This document shows, in pieces, positions 13,590 to 27,735 of a stretch of DNA of 64,000 nt. Within the stretch, counting starts at the first letter, position 1; every line of letters begins with the position of its first letter. The notes beneath the pieces were generated by a model. That model was not told the origin of the DNA and did not search any database. It saw only the letters and a program-made list of their open reading frames with translations. The position numbers and the translations under genes are program-made. The stretch covers positions 384,001 through 448,000 of the forward strand of contig CM000153.2 in the NCBI GenBank assembly GCA_000004695.1, given 5' to 3'. This DNA comes from Dictyostelium discoideum. Lineage: Eukaryota.

Positions 13590-13871
13590 TTTTTTTTATA
13601 TTTCTAGATATGTTTGTAGAAAAAATAAAAAAATAAAAACAAAAAAAAAAAAAAAAAAAAACAAAAGGTGAAAAAATAAAAAAATAAAAAAAAAAAAAAA
13701 ATAAAAAAATAAATTCCCTAACCCCTAAAGTGTTGTCTCTCTAAAAATGGTTGATGTATGATATTCAGTGAAACCCACCCTTATATAATTACAAAATAAT
13801 ATATTTAAATGAATAAAATAATGTTTATTTTATTTTTTATAATTATGGCTTTTTTAAATGAAATTTTTTTT

Positions 13872-13909
<38 letters not shown>

Positions 13910-14027
13910 CGAAATTGGTTTGTTTTAATTTAAAGGGTCTATATTTATTTTTGTTGATTTAATTTAAATAAATATTTATTTGCTTATATTATTTTTTTTT
14001 AATTTTATCATATTTTCCAAAAACAAA

Positions 14028-14077
<50 letters not shown>

Positions 14078-14239
14078 CTCGATATTAAATTTTTTTTTTT
14101 TTTATTTTTTTTTTTTTGTTGATTAAATTTTTTTTTTTTTTTTTTTTAATTTTATTTTATTAATTTTATTTTTTTTAAAACCAAATTAGAGTTGAAGGAT
14201 TAACCAATATTTTTGGATATTGATAGAAAAGAGCTTTCC

Positions 14240-14570
14240 ATGGAAAGTAAAAAAAATAAAAATAGTAAAAAAAAAATAAATAAAAATAAAATTAATAAAA
14301 ATAACAATAAAAATAAACAACATGACAGATTATTAGGTGGTACTTCTATCACATGTGTTGATCAACTACAACAACAACAACAAAAAAAACAACAGCAACA
14401 ACAACAACAACAAAATATAACTTTAAATTTTGAAATTTTACCAAAGAAATCGTTAGAGAGTTCAAAAATATTTAGAAATTCAAGAGTAATTTACACTACA
14501 TATGGAAATGTGAGTTTAGTTAGTGCTAATCAAACTGGTTTTTTCCCTAATAATAATAATAATAATAATA

Positions 14571-14654
<84 letters not shown>

Positions 14655-14960
14655 GTAATAATAATGAATATAGTCTTTGTGTAAATAAAACTAAAAGTCT
14701 TGGGGATAAAATTGGACAACTGAATGAAAAAATAGAACAACAAGAGAGATTACTTGAAACAACTAAAATAAATGATAGTCCAACTGACAGTAAAAACAAT
14801 AGTAGCAATAACATTAACTGTAGCAGTAGCAGTAGCAGTAGCAGTAGCAGTAGCAGTAGCAGTAGCAGTAGCAGTAGCAGTAGCAGTAGCAGTAGCAGTA
14901 GCAGTAGCAGTAGCAGTAGCAGTAGCAGTAGCAGTAGTGGTGGCAGTTACAGTAATATTA

Positions 14961-14991
<31 letters not shown>

Positions 14992-15035
14992 TAGTAATAA
15001 TAATGCTAATAGTAATAATAATAATAATAATGATG

Positions 15036-15089
<54 letters not shown>

Positions 15090-15952
15090 GTAATAATAAT
15101 AAATGCCTTAACAAACCTGTTTTTTTGTGTTGTAAAATAAAAATCTGTCTTGATTGTGCATTAGAATCTCATCCAAAACACAAATATGCTTTAATCGAAA
15201 ATAATCATAGTAATAATAAAAGTGTACTTGACAATAATGATAATAAAAAAACTGTTATTGATTTAAATCAACAAAAGGAACTACCAACTGAAGATAATAT
15301 TTTAAAACCTCAAGCACTTCCAAAAGATGAAATTAATGATATTGCAGAGAAAACAAAGGATTTGAAATCAGTAAGGTGTAGTTTTCATAACAAAAATATA
15401 AACTCTCTATGTATATCTTGTGAGTTGGTTCCATTATGCGAGGAGTGCAAGACTAATCACAGAGGACACGAATTAGATAACTTGGATGAAAAAGTTGGTG
15501 GTTTTTTCAAGAGTTTAGACTTAAAACGACTTTACACAGATCTAAATAATGAAGAAAACTCTAAACATATAAATAAATATGCAGATGGGAATTTTTCTAA
15601 AGACTTCAACGAAATTTCTCAAGAATTTGAAAAGAAATTTAAAAAAGAAGTAATTTCTGTTCAAGAACAATTCAATAAACGAGATTCGGATTTCATAAGA
15701 AAAAAAACCAAACTTGAAGAAAAAAACAAATGTTTAATAGAAATGGGGGAACGTGTTTTAGAAAATGGTCATTTATATAATCCAAACTCTTTGAACGAAT
15801 CAGTTCACTATTATCAAAGGTTAATAGAATTGGTCCTAATTTCAAAAGAATTAGGGTTTAAACCAATAGATTTCCGTTCCTTGTTTCCTACAATTAGTAA
15901 ATTTTTATCGGAAATTAAAACCCTCGAAACTGATATCAATAATTTTTTATAA
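14240..15952 (+). CDS. B-box-type zinc-finger/coiled-coil protein, paralog A of a local family, with long poly-N and poly-S tracts.
   Basis: The ORF-track start at 14213 is TTG; the first ATG is at 14240 (MESKKNK...). It has a Cys-rich B-box-like module (CLNKPVFLCCKIKICLDCALESHPKHKY) and a second B-box (VRCSFHNKNINSLCISCELVPLCEECKTNHRGHELD). The C-terminal domain (LIEMGERVLENGHLYNPNSLNESVHYYQRLIELV) is shared with the paralog at 23180..25147. Confidence 0.6.
14823..14937 (+). repeat. (AGTAGC)n hexamer microsatellite encoding a run of about 38 serines inside paralog A.
   Basis: Perfect agcagt/agtagc repeats read directly from the sequence. They are flanked by (AAT)n poly-N tracts at 14540..14650 and 14960..15090. 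Confidence 0.9.
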
Positions 15953-16644
15953 ACAATTAGTATCATAAAACCATTTTATTATTTTTTTTTTGGTTTATTT
16001 TAATTTTAACCTGGAAATAATAAAAATAAAAAACCCAAAACATTTGAATCTGACAAAATTTTTTTTTTTTTTGGATTTTTTAAAATTTAGTCAAAAAAAA
16101 AAAAAAAAACAGAATGATTACCTTTTTTTTTTTTTTTTTTCTTTTATATCATTTTGTGTATTTTTGAGTGCTCTATTTATCTATACAAAACTCATATTAA
16201 AAATAAATAAAATTAAATTGTTGTTAAACACAACAAATTCAAAATGTGGGACTTTGTTAAAAGTGAGAATTTTTATATGGCCAAATTAAAAAAATTTGCT
16301 TTTATGCCTATGTTTTATACAAATAAAACCAGATTTTACAAAAATAAAATTAAAAAATAAATATTTAACAGTGTTTCTGAATTGTGGTATTTTGTTAAAA
16401 TAAAATAATAAAAAAATTAATCCAAACCAGCAAAATTGCAATTTTATTTTTTTTTTTTTTTTAAACAAAATGCCAATTTTTAACCGCTATTAGTGAATGG
16501 CCACAATTTTAATATAAATGTTTTTACCATCACGATATTATTTTAAAAAATTTCACTTTTTTTTTTTTCAAATTTTCTTTTTTTTTTTTTAAATTTTTTT
16601 TATTTTTTATTTTTTATTTTTTTTTTTTGTTTATTTACCAAAAA

Positions 16645-17257
16645 ATGATAAACTCAGAAAAACAATGTATACATCACAATAGAGATTTGGTAGTATTTTG
16701 TTTAAGTTGTTGTTATCCATGTTGTGTTGAATGCATGGCAAGTGAAAAACATCACTACCACGATTTTAAAAAAATAGAAGATGATAACTTTGATGTTTAC
16801 GATAATAAAAAAATTATCTCAATTCTAGAAAAATCAAAAGAAATTTTTGAAAATAAAAAAGCAAGTTACTATATAGATATCAAATCAGTTCATGATGGGT
16901 TTATTTTGATTCAAGAGCAATTAGAATTATTTAAAGATGGCATTTTAGAAAAACTGTTTAATTCTTTCAAGGAAAATTTGGTCATTAATGCAAAGATTGA
17001 AACTTTGGCTGGTGATATTTTAGTCACTGATAAAAATAGTGTATTTAAAATGATCGATCAATATAAAGAAAATAATATGGTAGGTTTGGTTCATACTTTG
17101 GTAGATAATATAAAAAACAATATAAACAATTGTTTTCAACAATTTAATGGAAACTATACAATTAATAAAAATAAAGATGCTGATAAAATTTCTGATTTTG
17201 AAAAAGGAACTATAGATCATATAAATAACAATCAAAATAATACCATCGTAAATAATA

Positions 17258-17317
<60 letters not shown>

Positions 17318-18258
17318 TTTTAATAGATAATAATGATAATATTAAAATAATAGTACCAAAAGATGTTGAATCATTGTCCTTAGATGGTTTAAAACAAGAA
17401 TTAATTATTGACTCAATTCCTAATTCTGTAATTCATCCCCCTTTAGAAGATGAATTCAATAAATGTACATTACACCCAAACAAAGACATAATATCCTTGT
17501 GTTTATATTGTGAATTAATGCCATGTTGTGCTCTATGTATATCAAGTGAAGGGGAGCATCATGGTCATAATTCTGATTCATTAAAATCAACTTCAAATAT
17601 TCTTTCATTAGCGAAAAATTTTAAAGATGATATATATCAAAAAGTAATAGGCAGAATAGAATCAAATCAAAAAATATTAAAAAAATCAAATGATATATAC
17701 TATGAAATTAAAAGAATTTACGATATTATTTCAATGATAGATTTAGATATTAAAAAACAATTAGAAACAACCTTTGACGATAATACATTAATAATAAATA
17801 CAAGTATAACTTCAATCAATAATGAAAATGAAATACTCTCAACAATAATTAATAATAATAAACATAACGATAATGATGTTGATAATGGTCAAACAGTAAT
17901 TGAAATATTAAATCAAATTATTATAAAAAACAATCAACAACTTGATAGAGATACAATTAAAATTATTAAACAATATCAACAATCATTAATAGTATTAAAT
18001 AATTATAATAATATATATAATTTTAATAAATTAAAAGAATATAAAAACCAAAGTATTCATTTTAATAATCAAATAATTGATGATATTAAAAATAATTTAA
18101 ATTCAATTTATATCTTAAATGACACTAATATTCATAAAAATAATAGATACAAAGTAGAAATCGATGAAAACAATAATGAATTTATTAACTGTAAGTTTTA
18201 TTTATACAAATTTTTTATAAATGATATTCACAATCTTCTAATTACCAAATATAGATGA
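16645..18258 (+). CDS. B-box zinc-finger protein, paralog B. It may continue by splicing into the FNIP-repeat array downstream (see findings).
   Basis: The ORF-track start at 16627 is TTG; the first ATG is at 16645 (MINSEKQCIHHNRDLVVFCLSCCYPCCVECMASEKHHYHDF). A second B-box is CTLHPNKDIISLCLYCELMPCCALCISSEGEHHGHNSD. A canonical GTAAGT sits at about 18192, 60 nt before the stop. Confidence 0.55.
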
Positions 18259-18382
18259 TGGTTTAAAGTTTTATATTTATACATATAGTGATTCTTTTAA
18301 ATTAAAAAATGGTTGTGGTATAGCATTTACAGACCATTGTAATATTTTATCAAAATTAAAAAATAAATTACCATTAAATGTA

Positions 18383-19732
18383 ATGCTGTTAGATGGATTC
18401 AATCAAAAATTAACACCAGGTATATTACCAGAAGGTGTTCAGTTATTGTATTTAGGTGATATTAAACAAGAATTAATGATTGGTTCAATTCCTAAAACTG
18501 TATTTAATGTCTATTTACTTGATGGATTCAATCAAAAACTATTACCAGAACGTGTTCGATCATTGCATTTAGGTGATATTAAACAAGAATTAATGATTGC
18601 TTCAATTCCTAAAACTGTATTAAGTCTCTATTTAGAAAATGGATTCAATCAAAAATTAACACCAGGTATATTACCAGAAGGTGTTAGATCATTGTATTTA
18701 CGTGATATTAAACAAGAATTAATAATTGGTTCAATTCCTAAAACTGTATCTAGTGTCCATTTAGAAAATGGATTCAATCAAAAATTAACACCAGGTATAT
18801 TACCAGAAGGTGTTATATCATTGTATTTATGTGATATTAAACAAGAATTAATAATTGGTTCAATTCCAAAAACTGTATATAGTGTCCATTTAGAAAATGG
18901 ATTCAATCAAAAATTAACACCAGGTATATTACCAGAAGGTGTTAAATTATTGTATTTAGGTGATATTAAACAAGAATTAATGATTGGTTCAATTCCTAAA
19001 ACTGTATCTAGTGTCCATTTAGAAGATGGATTCAATCAAAAACTAACACCAGGTATATTACCAGAAGGTGTTAAATCATTGGATTTAGGTGATATTAAAC
19101 AAGAATTAATAATTGGTTCAATTCCTAAAACTGTATCTAGTGTCTATTTAGAAAATGGATTCAATCAAAAATTAACACCAGGTATATTACCAGAAGGTGT
19201 TGAATCATTGGATTTAGGTGATATTAAACAAGAATTAATGATTGGTTCAATTCCTAAAACTGTATCTAGTGTCTATTTAGAAAATGGATTCAAACAAAAA
19301 TTAACACCAGGTATATTACCAGAAGGTGTTAAATCATTGCATTTATGTGATATTAAACAAGAATTAATGATTGGTTCAATTCCTAAAACTGTATTTAGTG
19401 TCTATTTAGAAAATGGATTCAATCAAAAATTAACACCAGGTATATTACCAGAAGGTGTTAAATCATTGCATTTACGTAATATTAAACAAGAATTAATGAT
19501 TGGTTCAATTCCTGAAACTGTATCTAGTGTCCATTTAGAAAATGGATTCAATCAAAAATTAACACCAGGTATATTACCAGAAGGTGTTAAATTATTGCAT
19601 TTAGGTGATATTAAACAAGAATTAATAATTGGTTCAATTCCTAAAACTGTAACTGAAGTGGTTATTTTTAGTAGTTTTAAACTACAAATTAAACCTTATG
19701 TTTCTGATACTGTTAAAATAACTATCGTGTAA
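18383..19732 (+). CDS. FNIP-repeat protein: 11 tandem repeats of about 41 aa (123 bp). It is possibly exon 2 (18255..19732) of the preceding B-box gene.
   Basis: The unit FNQKLTPGILPEGVxSLxLGDIKQELMIGSIPKTVSSVYLENG recurs 11 times. This is the FNIP repeat family typical of Dictyostelium. The frame stays open for 43 codons upstream of M18383, back to an AG acceptor at 18253-54. Confidence 0.6.
   Translation: MLLDGFNQKLTPGILPEGVQLLYLGDIKQELMIGSIPKTVFNVYLLDGFNQKLLPERVRSLHLGDIKQELMIASIPKTVLSLYLENGFNQKLTPGILPEGVRSLYLRDIKQELIIGSIPKTVSSVHLENGFNQKLTPGILPEGVISLYLCDIKQELIIGSIPKTVYSVHLENGFNQKLTPGILPEGVKLLYLGDIKQELMIGSIPKTVSSVHLEDGFNQKLTPGILPEGVKSLDLGDIKQELIIGSIPKTVSSVYLENGFNQKLTPGILPEGVESLDLGDIKQELMIGSIPKTVSSVYLENGFKQKLTPGILPEGVKSLHLCDIKQELMIGSIPKTVFSVYLENGFNQKLTPGILPEGVKSLHLRNIKQELMIGSIPETVSSVHLENGFNQKLTPGILPEGVKLLHLGDIKQELIIGSIPKTVTEVVIFSSFKLQIKPYVSDTVKITIV
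18395..19650 (+). repeat. 123-bp tandem DNA repeat array (x11) that encodes the FNIP repeats.
   Basis: ggattcaatcaaaaattaacaccaggtatattaccagaaggtgtt... recurs with over 90 percent identity. Confidence 0.9.
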
Positions 19733-19839
19733 AAAAAAAAAAACGGGTTTAATAAAGAATTCCAATAAAAAAAAATTGAAACCACAACATTTTAATTACT
19801 TTTTTTTTTTTTTTTTTTTTTTTTCCTTAAACCCTTAAA

Positions 19840-20110
19840 AACAAGTTAGAGTATTAGAACTAACCAATTATTCAACTTCAACTTCAATATCAATATCAAT
19901 ATCAATATCAACTTCAACTTCAACGAGCCCACATCGAGATCAACATCAAAAGCAAAGTCTTGGGGAGAAAATTAGACAACTTAACAAAGAAAATAAGACA
20001 ATAAGAAATATAACTTGAAACAACTAAAACAAATGATAGTCCTCCTGAAAAACAATAGTAATAGTAGTAGTAATAGTAGTAGTCAGCGGTGGTAGTAGCA
20101 CAATTTAATT
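19840..20110 (+). pseudogene. Decayed partial copy of the 5' region of B-box paralog A (14190..14830).
   Basis: aaagtcttggggagaaaattagacaacttaacaaagaaaat...cttgaaacaactaaaacaaatgatagtcc...agtagtagt closely matches 14690..14830 (aaagtcttggggataaaattggacaactgaatgaaaaaat...cttgaaacaactaaaataaatgatagtcc...agcagtagc). The 5' flank motif ttagag...aaccaat is also shared. The copy has no intact ORF. Confidence 0.5.
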
Positions 20111-20460
20111 ATCATTACCAAAATATAATCAAATTCCATTCAGATATTAAATATTCAAATTGAGATTATAATTGATGAAAATGAAATTATCAAAGATTTA
20201 TCATCAATTGTTGTAGGGAAATTTCAAAAAAATTTCACTACATTAACAGTAGTGATTTTTTGCAGTGAAAAACCAAAATGTATATTCAGTGAAAAAATTA
20301 ATAAACAATTACTTGATTGTTTAGATTAACAATTTACTTTCAAATTTGCGCCAAATTTTTTTTTTTTTTTAATTTTTTTTTAATTTTTTTTTTTTAATTT
20401 TTATAAAAAATATAAATATAAAAATGAAATAAAAAATTAAAGAAATATGAAAAAATGAAA

Positions 20461-20630
<170 letters not shown>

Positions 20631-20699
20631 TTTAAAAATAGTTGTTTTTTATTGTTTTGGTTAACAATTTTTATATTTTATTTTTCTTATTATTAAATT

Positions 20700-21930
20700 T
20701 ATTGTTATATAATGGAAATAGAGATATTAAAACTCATAATATTTTATTGGATGGAAAATAATGATCCAATATTAATTGATTTTGGATTGTCAATAATAAA
20801 GGAACCAGATAACTCCAATTTTACTTCTAAATGTGGAACCACAAAATATTTACCACCAAAAAATTCCACTATGACTGATAAAGCTGATATTTGGTGTTTC
20901 GGATTAGCCATTCTTGAAATGTTTGGTGAATTGAAAACAGATTCGAATAATTTGCCAATAATTCATACTCATTTATCAAATGAATGTAAAGAAGTATTGG
21001 AACAGCTCTTAGGGTCGATCCAAATCATAGGTACAGTGCTAAACAATTATTGGAACTACCTTGGTTTAAAGATAAAGATTTACTTTCAATTTTTAAACAA
21101 AATGGTACAGATAATAAAATAATCAATGGAGGTATCACCATTAATTTAAAATACAATGATTCTTATTATTTTTTAAATCAACAAAGATGCAAATTCCACA
21201 CGTTGAAAGTGATAAAAGAACTTTTTTCAATTTTTATATAAACACTAAAGAAATTACAGAAACTATTGGTCCTTACGAATTAAATATTAAAAAAGAGTTT
21301 AACGAAAATCAAAACTATCTAAATTATTTGTTGAGTGGCCGCTACAATGGAGAAGATATTTCAAGTATGGAAAATAGGGTCAATGAACTTGTTCCTCGGA
21401 TTGTCTATCAAACTATTATTCATTTTCCAAATAAATTCATTTTAAAACAAAAATAAAAAAAAAAAAACTAAAATAAAATATAATAATGTTTTACCTATAT
21501 CCTTTATGGATAAAAAGTGTTTTTTTGTATATCCCCTCAATCCTTTTTTTAAAAATAATTATTCAAGAACAACAACAATTATCATTACCACTTTTTTTAA
21601 TTTTAATCAAAAATTAGTACCTGGAATATTATATTGGATCCACTTTCTATGCAAAAAGGTGATATTAAACTACAAGTGATAGTTTCAATTCCCAATATTG
21701 TAAAAACTATCTATATAGAAAGTGGATTCAATAAGTATAAACACCTGCTATATCACACAGGGTGTTATAAAATTGCATTTAGGTGGATTATACCAATGTT
21801 TCAAAGAAGAAAAAGCAAGAAAAGTTTTCATTCCAAAATTTTCAATATTTCAAGGAGGAGAAAAAAAACGATTTCAGTTGGTAACCAACAACAAATTGAA
21901 ACTAATCAAAAATCAAACTAACAACCATTA
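20700..21930 (+). pseudogene. Remnant of a protein-kinase/FNIP-repeat gene. It carries frameshifts and is truncated at the 5' end by the (TAA)n tract.
   Basis: 20712..21040 encodes a kinase C-lobe starting at the DFG motif (LIDFGLSIIKEPDNSNFTSKCGTTKYLPPK...DIWCFGLAILEMFGE) with no N-lobe. The frame then breaks (ORFs 21050.., 21187..). 21634..21800 holds degenerate FNIP-like units (IPNIVKTIYIESGFNKYKHL, GVIKLHLGG). Confidence 0.4.
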
Positions 21931-22189
21931 ATTTTTTAGGTATTGATTAACCAATTTAAATCACCTTAATGACCCGACCATCACTCAACTCAAAGGCATT
22001 ACTTTCAAAAATTATAAAACATAAAATAAATATGTTATTAAACTCTTAAAGAGTTTGATGTAGTCAACTTGTTGTTGATCTATATTCTCTATCAAAAACC
22101 TAATTTGTAAATAAAAAAAAATAAAAAAAGGCCTTGTTGCCATTTTTATTTTAAAATTATCTTTTATTTGTTTTTTTTTTCAATATGAC

Positions 22190-22640
22190 TTTGAATGAGT
22201 TACCTGTACCCCATGCTCATCTTCTTTATAATAGGATGGTATGTGTACTTCTATTGTATTTAACTTGATTACTTTTAAACTCTTGGGATTAGTGCATCTT
22301 AATAATCGGAACTAAATTGCTTCAGTTGTTGTTAAATATGAACCTGATTGTTTTAATCTCCTTAAAGAGGCTGTATATTCTAAATAGGTAATTGATGCTG
22401 TTGCAAAAATAACAAAACTAAATAATAATAGTAACAATAAATTAGTTAAAAATTTTTTTAATTTAATTTTTACCTCTGAATCAGATGATATTACTGTTCT
22501 GAGGAATCTATTTTATTCAAATTTAAAATTCATCTATATGTTTTTTAAAATCTTTTTTATATATTGAAAAAAGTGTTTTTTCAAAAACAAGATGATTCGA
22601 TTATTGTTTTACTTGGCTTGGATAATTTTTAGAAAATTAT
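22190..22640 (-). pseudogene. Partial degraded duplicate of the isochorismatase-family gene at 25273..26244, covering parts of exons 3 and 2.
   Basis: 22190..22415 aligns at about 85 percent identity with 25270..25500 (tgactttgaatgagttacctgtaccccatgctcat... versus tgattttgagtgagttatctgtaccccatactcat...). 22480..22600 matches exon 2 (aaatcttttttatatattgaaaaaagtgttttttcaaaaac). Indels break the frame, and part of exon 3 and the intron are missing. Confidence 0.5.
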
Positions 22641-22643
22641 CTA

Positions 22644-22686
<43 letters not shown>

Positions 22687-23131
22687 AATTAAATTATTTT
22701 TGTTTAGGTTTTTATTATTTTTATTGTTTTGTTGTAAGGAATTATTATTTTTGAGTGGGCTATAGTTTTTTTTTTTTTTTTTTTTTTGCTTTTTATAAAC
22801 AAAATTAAAATAAGTAGAAACTAAAAACAAACTAAAAGAAAATAATAAATAAAATGTTTTTATTTTTTTTTAAAAAAAAAGATAATGGTTTTAAGATAAA
22901 ATAAAGTTTTTAAAAAAAAAAAATAAAAAAATAAAAAAAAACCAATTTTTGATTGATTAAAAAAAAAAAATAAAAATAACTTAATATTTTGAGAATTAAT
23001 TTTTTTTTTATATTTTAATTTGTTTTTTTATTTTTAAACCACCCAACCATTTTCCAACATAAATAAATATTTATTTTTACCCACCTTCATTTTTTTTAAT
23101 CAATAATTGTTTTCTTTAAAAAAAAAACCAA

Positions 23132-23172
<41 letters not shown>

Positions 23173-23179
23173 GATAAAA

Positions 23180-24038
23180 ATGGAAGATGAAGAGGATATT
23201 TTTGAAGATGTTGGAATTTTTAATTTTAATTTTCCAAGTATGTTTAAATCTTCTGGAAATGTTAATGATAATGATGGTTTCAGATGTTCGCAAGCAAATT
23301 GTAATAAAGCTTTTAAAAACAAAGGTCAACTATCTTCGCATGTTAGATGGCATAGAAGACTTGATGCACAATTAGAAAGTGAAACCGATAATGGTGAAGA
23401 AGAAGAGTATTCAAATCCAATTAAACCTTCACAAAGAGGAATTCAATTAAGAAATCAAATGATTCGTTATGGCTTAAGTTTATTTAGAGTAGATTCTCAT
23501 GGAAAATACCTTTGTTTCTTTGAAGGTTGTAATCTTCGAATGCTAACAAACTTTTCTAGACATATCCATAAACATGAACAAAGAAATGACAAAATTAAAC
23601 CTGATCTTGTTGATTTAATTCCAAACTCAAATAATATTCCAGAAACCCAAAATATAAGGCCATATTCTTTACCTTCATCACCAACAAATTGTAAAATTTC
23701 ACCAGTTTTTTCAAAAAACATTCAAAATTTAATTATTAATCAAAATAAATATAACAACAATTATAATACCAATAATACCAATAATAACTCTAATAATACA
23801 AATAGTAATACAAATAATTATAACCATAATGAAGAAAATCAAAAAACAATTGATTTTGATTTTAGAAAAAAAAATTTAAAATTTTTTAAAAATAAAATTG
23901 AATATAAAAATAAAAATGTTGTAAATAATAAAATTAATACTAATAATATTATTAATAATAATGATGAAAATAATGAAATTAATGAAATTAATGAAATTAA
24001 AGAAATTAACGAAACTAATGAAATTAGTATTAATAATC

Positions 24039-24106
<68 letters not shown>

Positions 24107-25147
24107 TATAATAGTAATTGGTTGAAAGGTGATCAAAAGTCAGTCTTTGAAAATATAATAAAAGAAACAAAATTAAAATTATTACATAGTGGAAAAGAAG
24201 ATCTCTCTACAAAAAAAAAGGATTTCAACAATGATCCATCGCAAAGATTTATTTTCAAAATTCAAAGAAAATTTGTAAAATATATGGTTTCTAAGTACTT
24301 AGAAAATCATACAATAATTCATAATCCAGAACAACTTAAATTATGTGCGCCACCAATCATTAAAGAATATCTTGAAGAATTAATGTTGGAACAATCTAGT
24401 TTTAAAGAATTTTGTGATTTAATTGCAACAAATATTGGAAATGATAAAATTTTTGATGGAATAATTAAAAACAATAATTTAATGAGCATTAATTTTATAA
24501 ACAACAATAATAATATTAATAAAAAAAGTAAAGATCAAAATATAGAAAATATTAAGGATTTACAATCAATTAGATGCAGCCATCACTCTGATAAATTCAT
24601 TAACTTTATATGCAAAGATTGCAACTATCTACCATGTTGCGAGAGATGTAAAGATATTTTTTATCATAAAAGACACCAAGTTGAAGAATTGGATGAAATC
24701 AATGTTGACAATTTCATAAACAATTTAGATAGAAAACGTTTTAATATTGAAGTAATTAATGAAAACAATTGTCAATCTATAAATAAAAAAATAAATGGAC
24801 TTGGTTTGGGACATTTCAAAGAAACTCTTACAAATTTAATAGATAAAATAAATAAATGTGTATCAAAGACTATTGAACCACAATTTACAGATAGGGAAAT
24901 AAAAAACTTGGAGAAAATCATTACAATTGATGAAAAAAACAATAAATTAAAAGAAATGGGTGAACTTGTTATGCAGAATGGTGATTTAAAAAATCCAAAT
25001 TCTTTAAAAACTGCCGTTCACTATCTTCAAAATTTAGTGGAATTTGAAGAAATTAAAAAAGATTTGGAATTTACTCGTATAAATTTTGAAAAATTATTGG
25101 ATCTACTCAAATTGTTTGAATCAACAATTTCAAACCCCAATTGGTAA
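23180..25147 (+). CDS. C2H2 + B-box zinc-finger/coiled-coil protein, paralog C, 655 aa.
   Basis: Real ATG at 23180. Two C2H2 fingers (FRCSQANCNKAFKNKGQLSSHVRWH; YLCFFEGCNLRMLTNFSRHIHKH), a B-box (IRCSHHSDKFINFICKDCNYLPCCERCKDIFYHKRHQ), and a C-terminal domain KLKEMGELVMQNGDLKNPNSLKTAVHYLQNLVEF homologous to paralog A. Confidence 0.65.
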
Positions 25148-25154
25148 ATCAATC

Positions 25155-25185
<31 letters not shown>

Positions 25186-25272
25186 CCATTTAAAAAATTG
25201 TATACATTTAAATAAACTTTTATTATTTTTTAATTTTAAATTTTTGAATGGCGTAGTTGTTTGTTTGTTTTT

Positions 25273-26244
<972 letters not shown>

Positions 26245-26684
26245 TTTCTTCTTCTTCTTTTTCAATTTTAATTTTAACGAATGGTTGTTGTATTAAAATT
26301 GAAAAGAAAAAAAAATAAAAAAAAAAATAAAATTTTTCATTTTATAAAAAAAAGCAATAAAAAAAATCTGGAGATATTTATTTTTATTTTTTTTTTATTT
26401 TTATATTTTTCTGTTTTTTCAATAATTTTTTTAATTACCAAATTTAAAATATTTTGATAAAAATAATAGAATTAATTCTTTTTTTTTGGGAAAAAAAAAA
26501 AAAATCTCAACTTATTTTTTCGATTACTATTTTATTTTCATCAAAACTATTTCTAAAAATATAAATATAACATTTTTTTTTTTTTTTTTTTTTTCTTTTT
26601 TTTTTGTTGAAAAAAAAAAAAATAATGCATAAAAAATAAATGTTATTAAATTAATGTATAATTATAAGTAAATTTACAATGATT

Positions 26685-26721
<37 letters not shown>

Positions 26722-27137
26722 AAAAAAAAAAATTAAAATCTAAGTATACTTTCACATAAATAAAAAGGAGAGTGAGATTGATAAGAAGAAAAAACAATGT
26801 GCCATTAATATTAAATTACAAATTGTAATAAAATTTTGAATAAAAAAAGTAATAAAATACAAACTTTTAAACCCAATTATAATGGGTTTCAAAATACAAA
26901 TTTTTTTTTTTTTTTACAACTAAATTTATTATTATAATTAATTTAACAGCTATTCATATGCAAAAAAACAAAAAGACAGTGTTTAAGTGGTAAATAAATA
27001 GAAAAAACAAATGTAAAATCTCTTTTATTTTATTTTTAATTTAATTCATTTTTTTTTATTTTTTTTTTTAATTGTTAATTCTGATGTGGTAAAATTGGGT
27101 GAGTGAATTATAATTTGAATAGTAATAATGGGATATG

Positions 27138-27170
<33 letters not shown>

Positions 27171-27565
27171 AATATGAAATACAAACAATTCACCACTTCA
27201 TTACACCCACAATAACACATATACACCCTAGACTTTTTACAATTACCAATTATATTTATTCAAATATTGTATATGAAAAAAAAAAAATAAAAAAAAAAAA
27301 TAAAATAATAAAAATAATAAAAAAAAAAAAATACAATGTTGCATCGCAATAGATTATCACACACACTTCGCACACTGTATAATATTAACACTAACACCCA
27401 TTTTCACACAACAAGTAATTATTTTTACCACTACAATTTTCAGCCATACCTATATGAATTCATATGATTAATTTACAATTATACATTGCTCAATGTTATT
27501 ATTATTATTATTATTATTTTTAAATTTATTTTTTTATTTTTTTTTTTTTTTTAAATTATTTATGA

Positions 27566-27598
<33 letters not shown>

Positions 27599-27735
27599 TT
27601 AAATAAATAAAAATAAAAAATAAATATTTTTTATAATTATAAAAGGGTATTAAATTTCAAATTCTTTTTCATTCATTCAATTTTGTAATTATAAAAAAAG
27701 GAATCAAATAATTATATATATATATAAAAATATAA

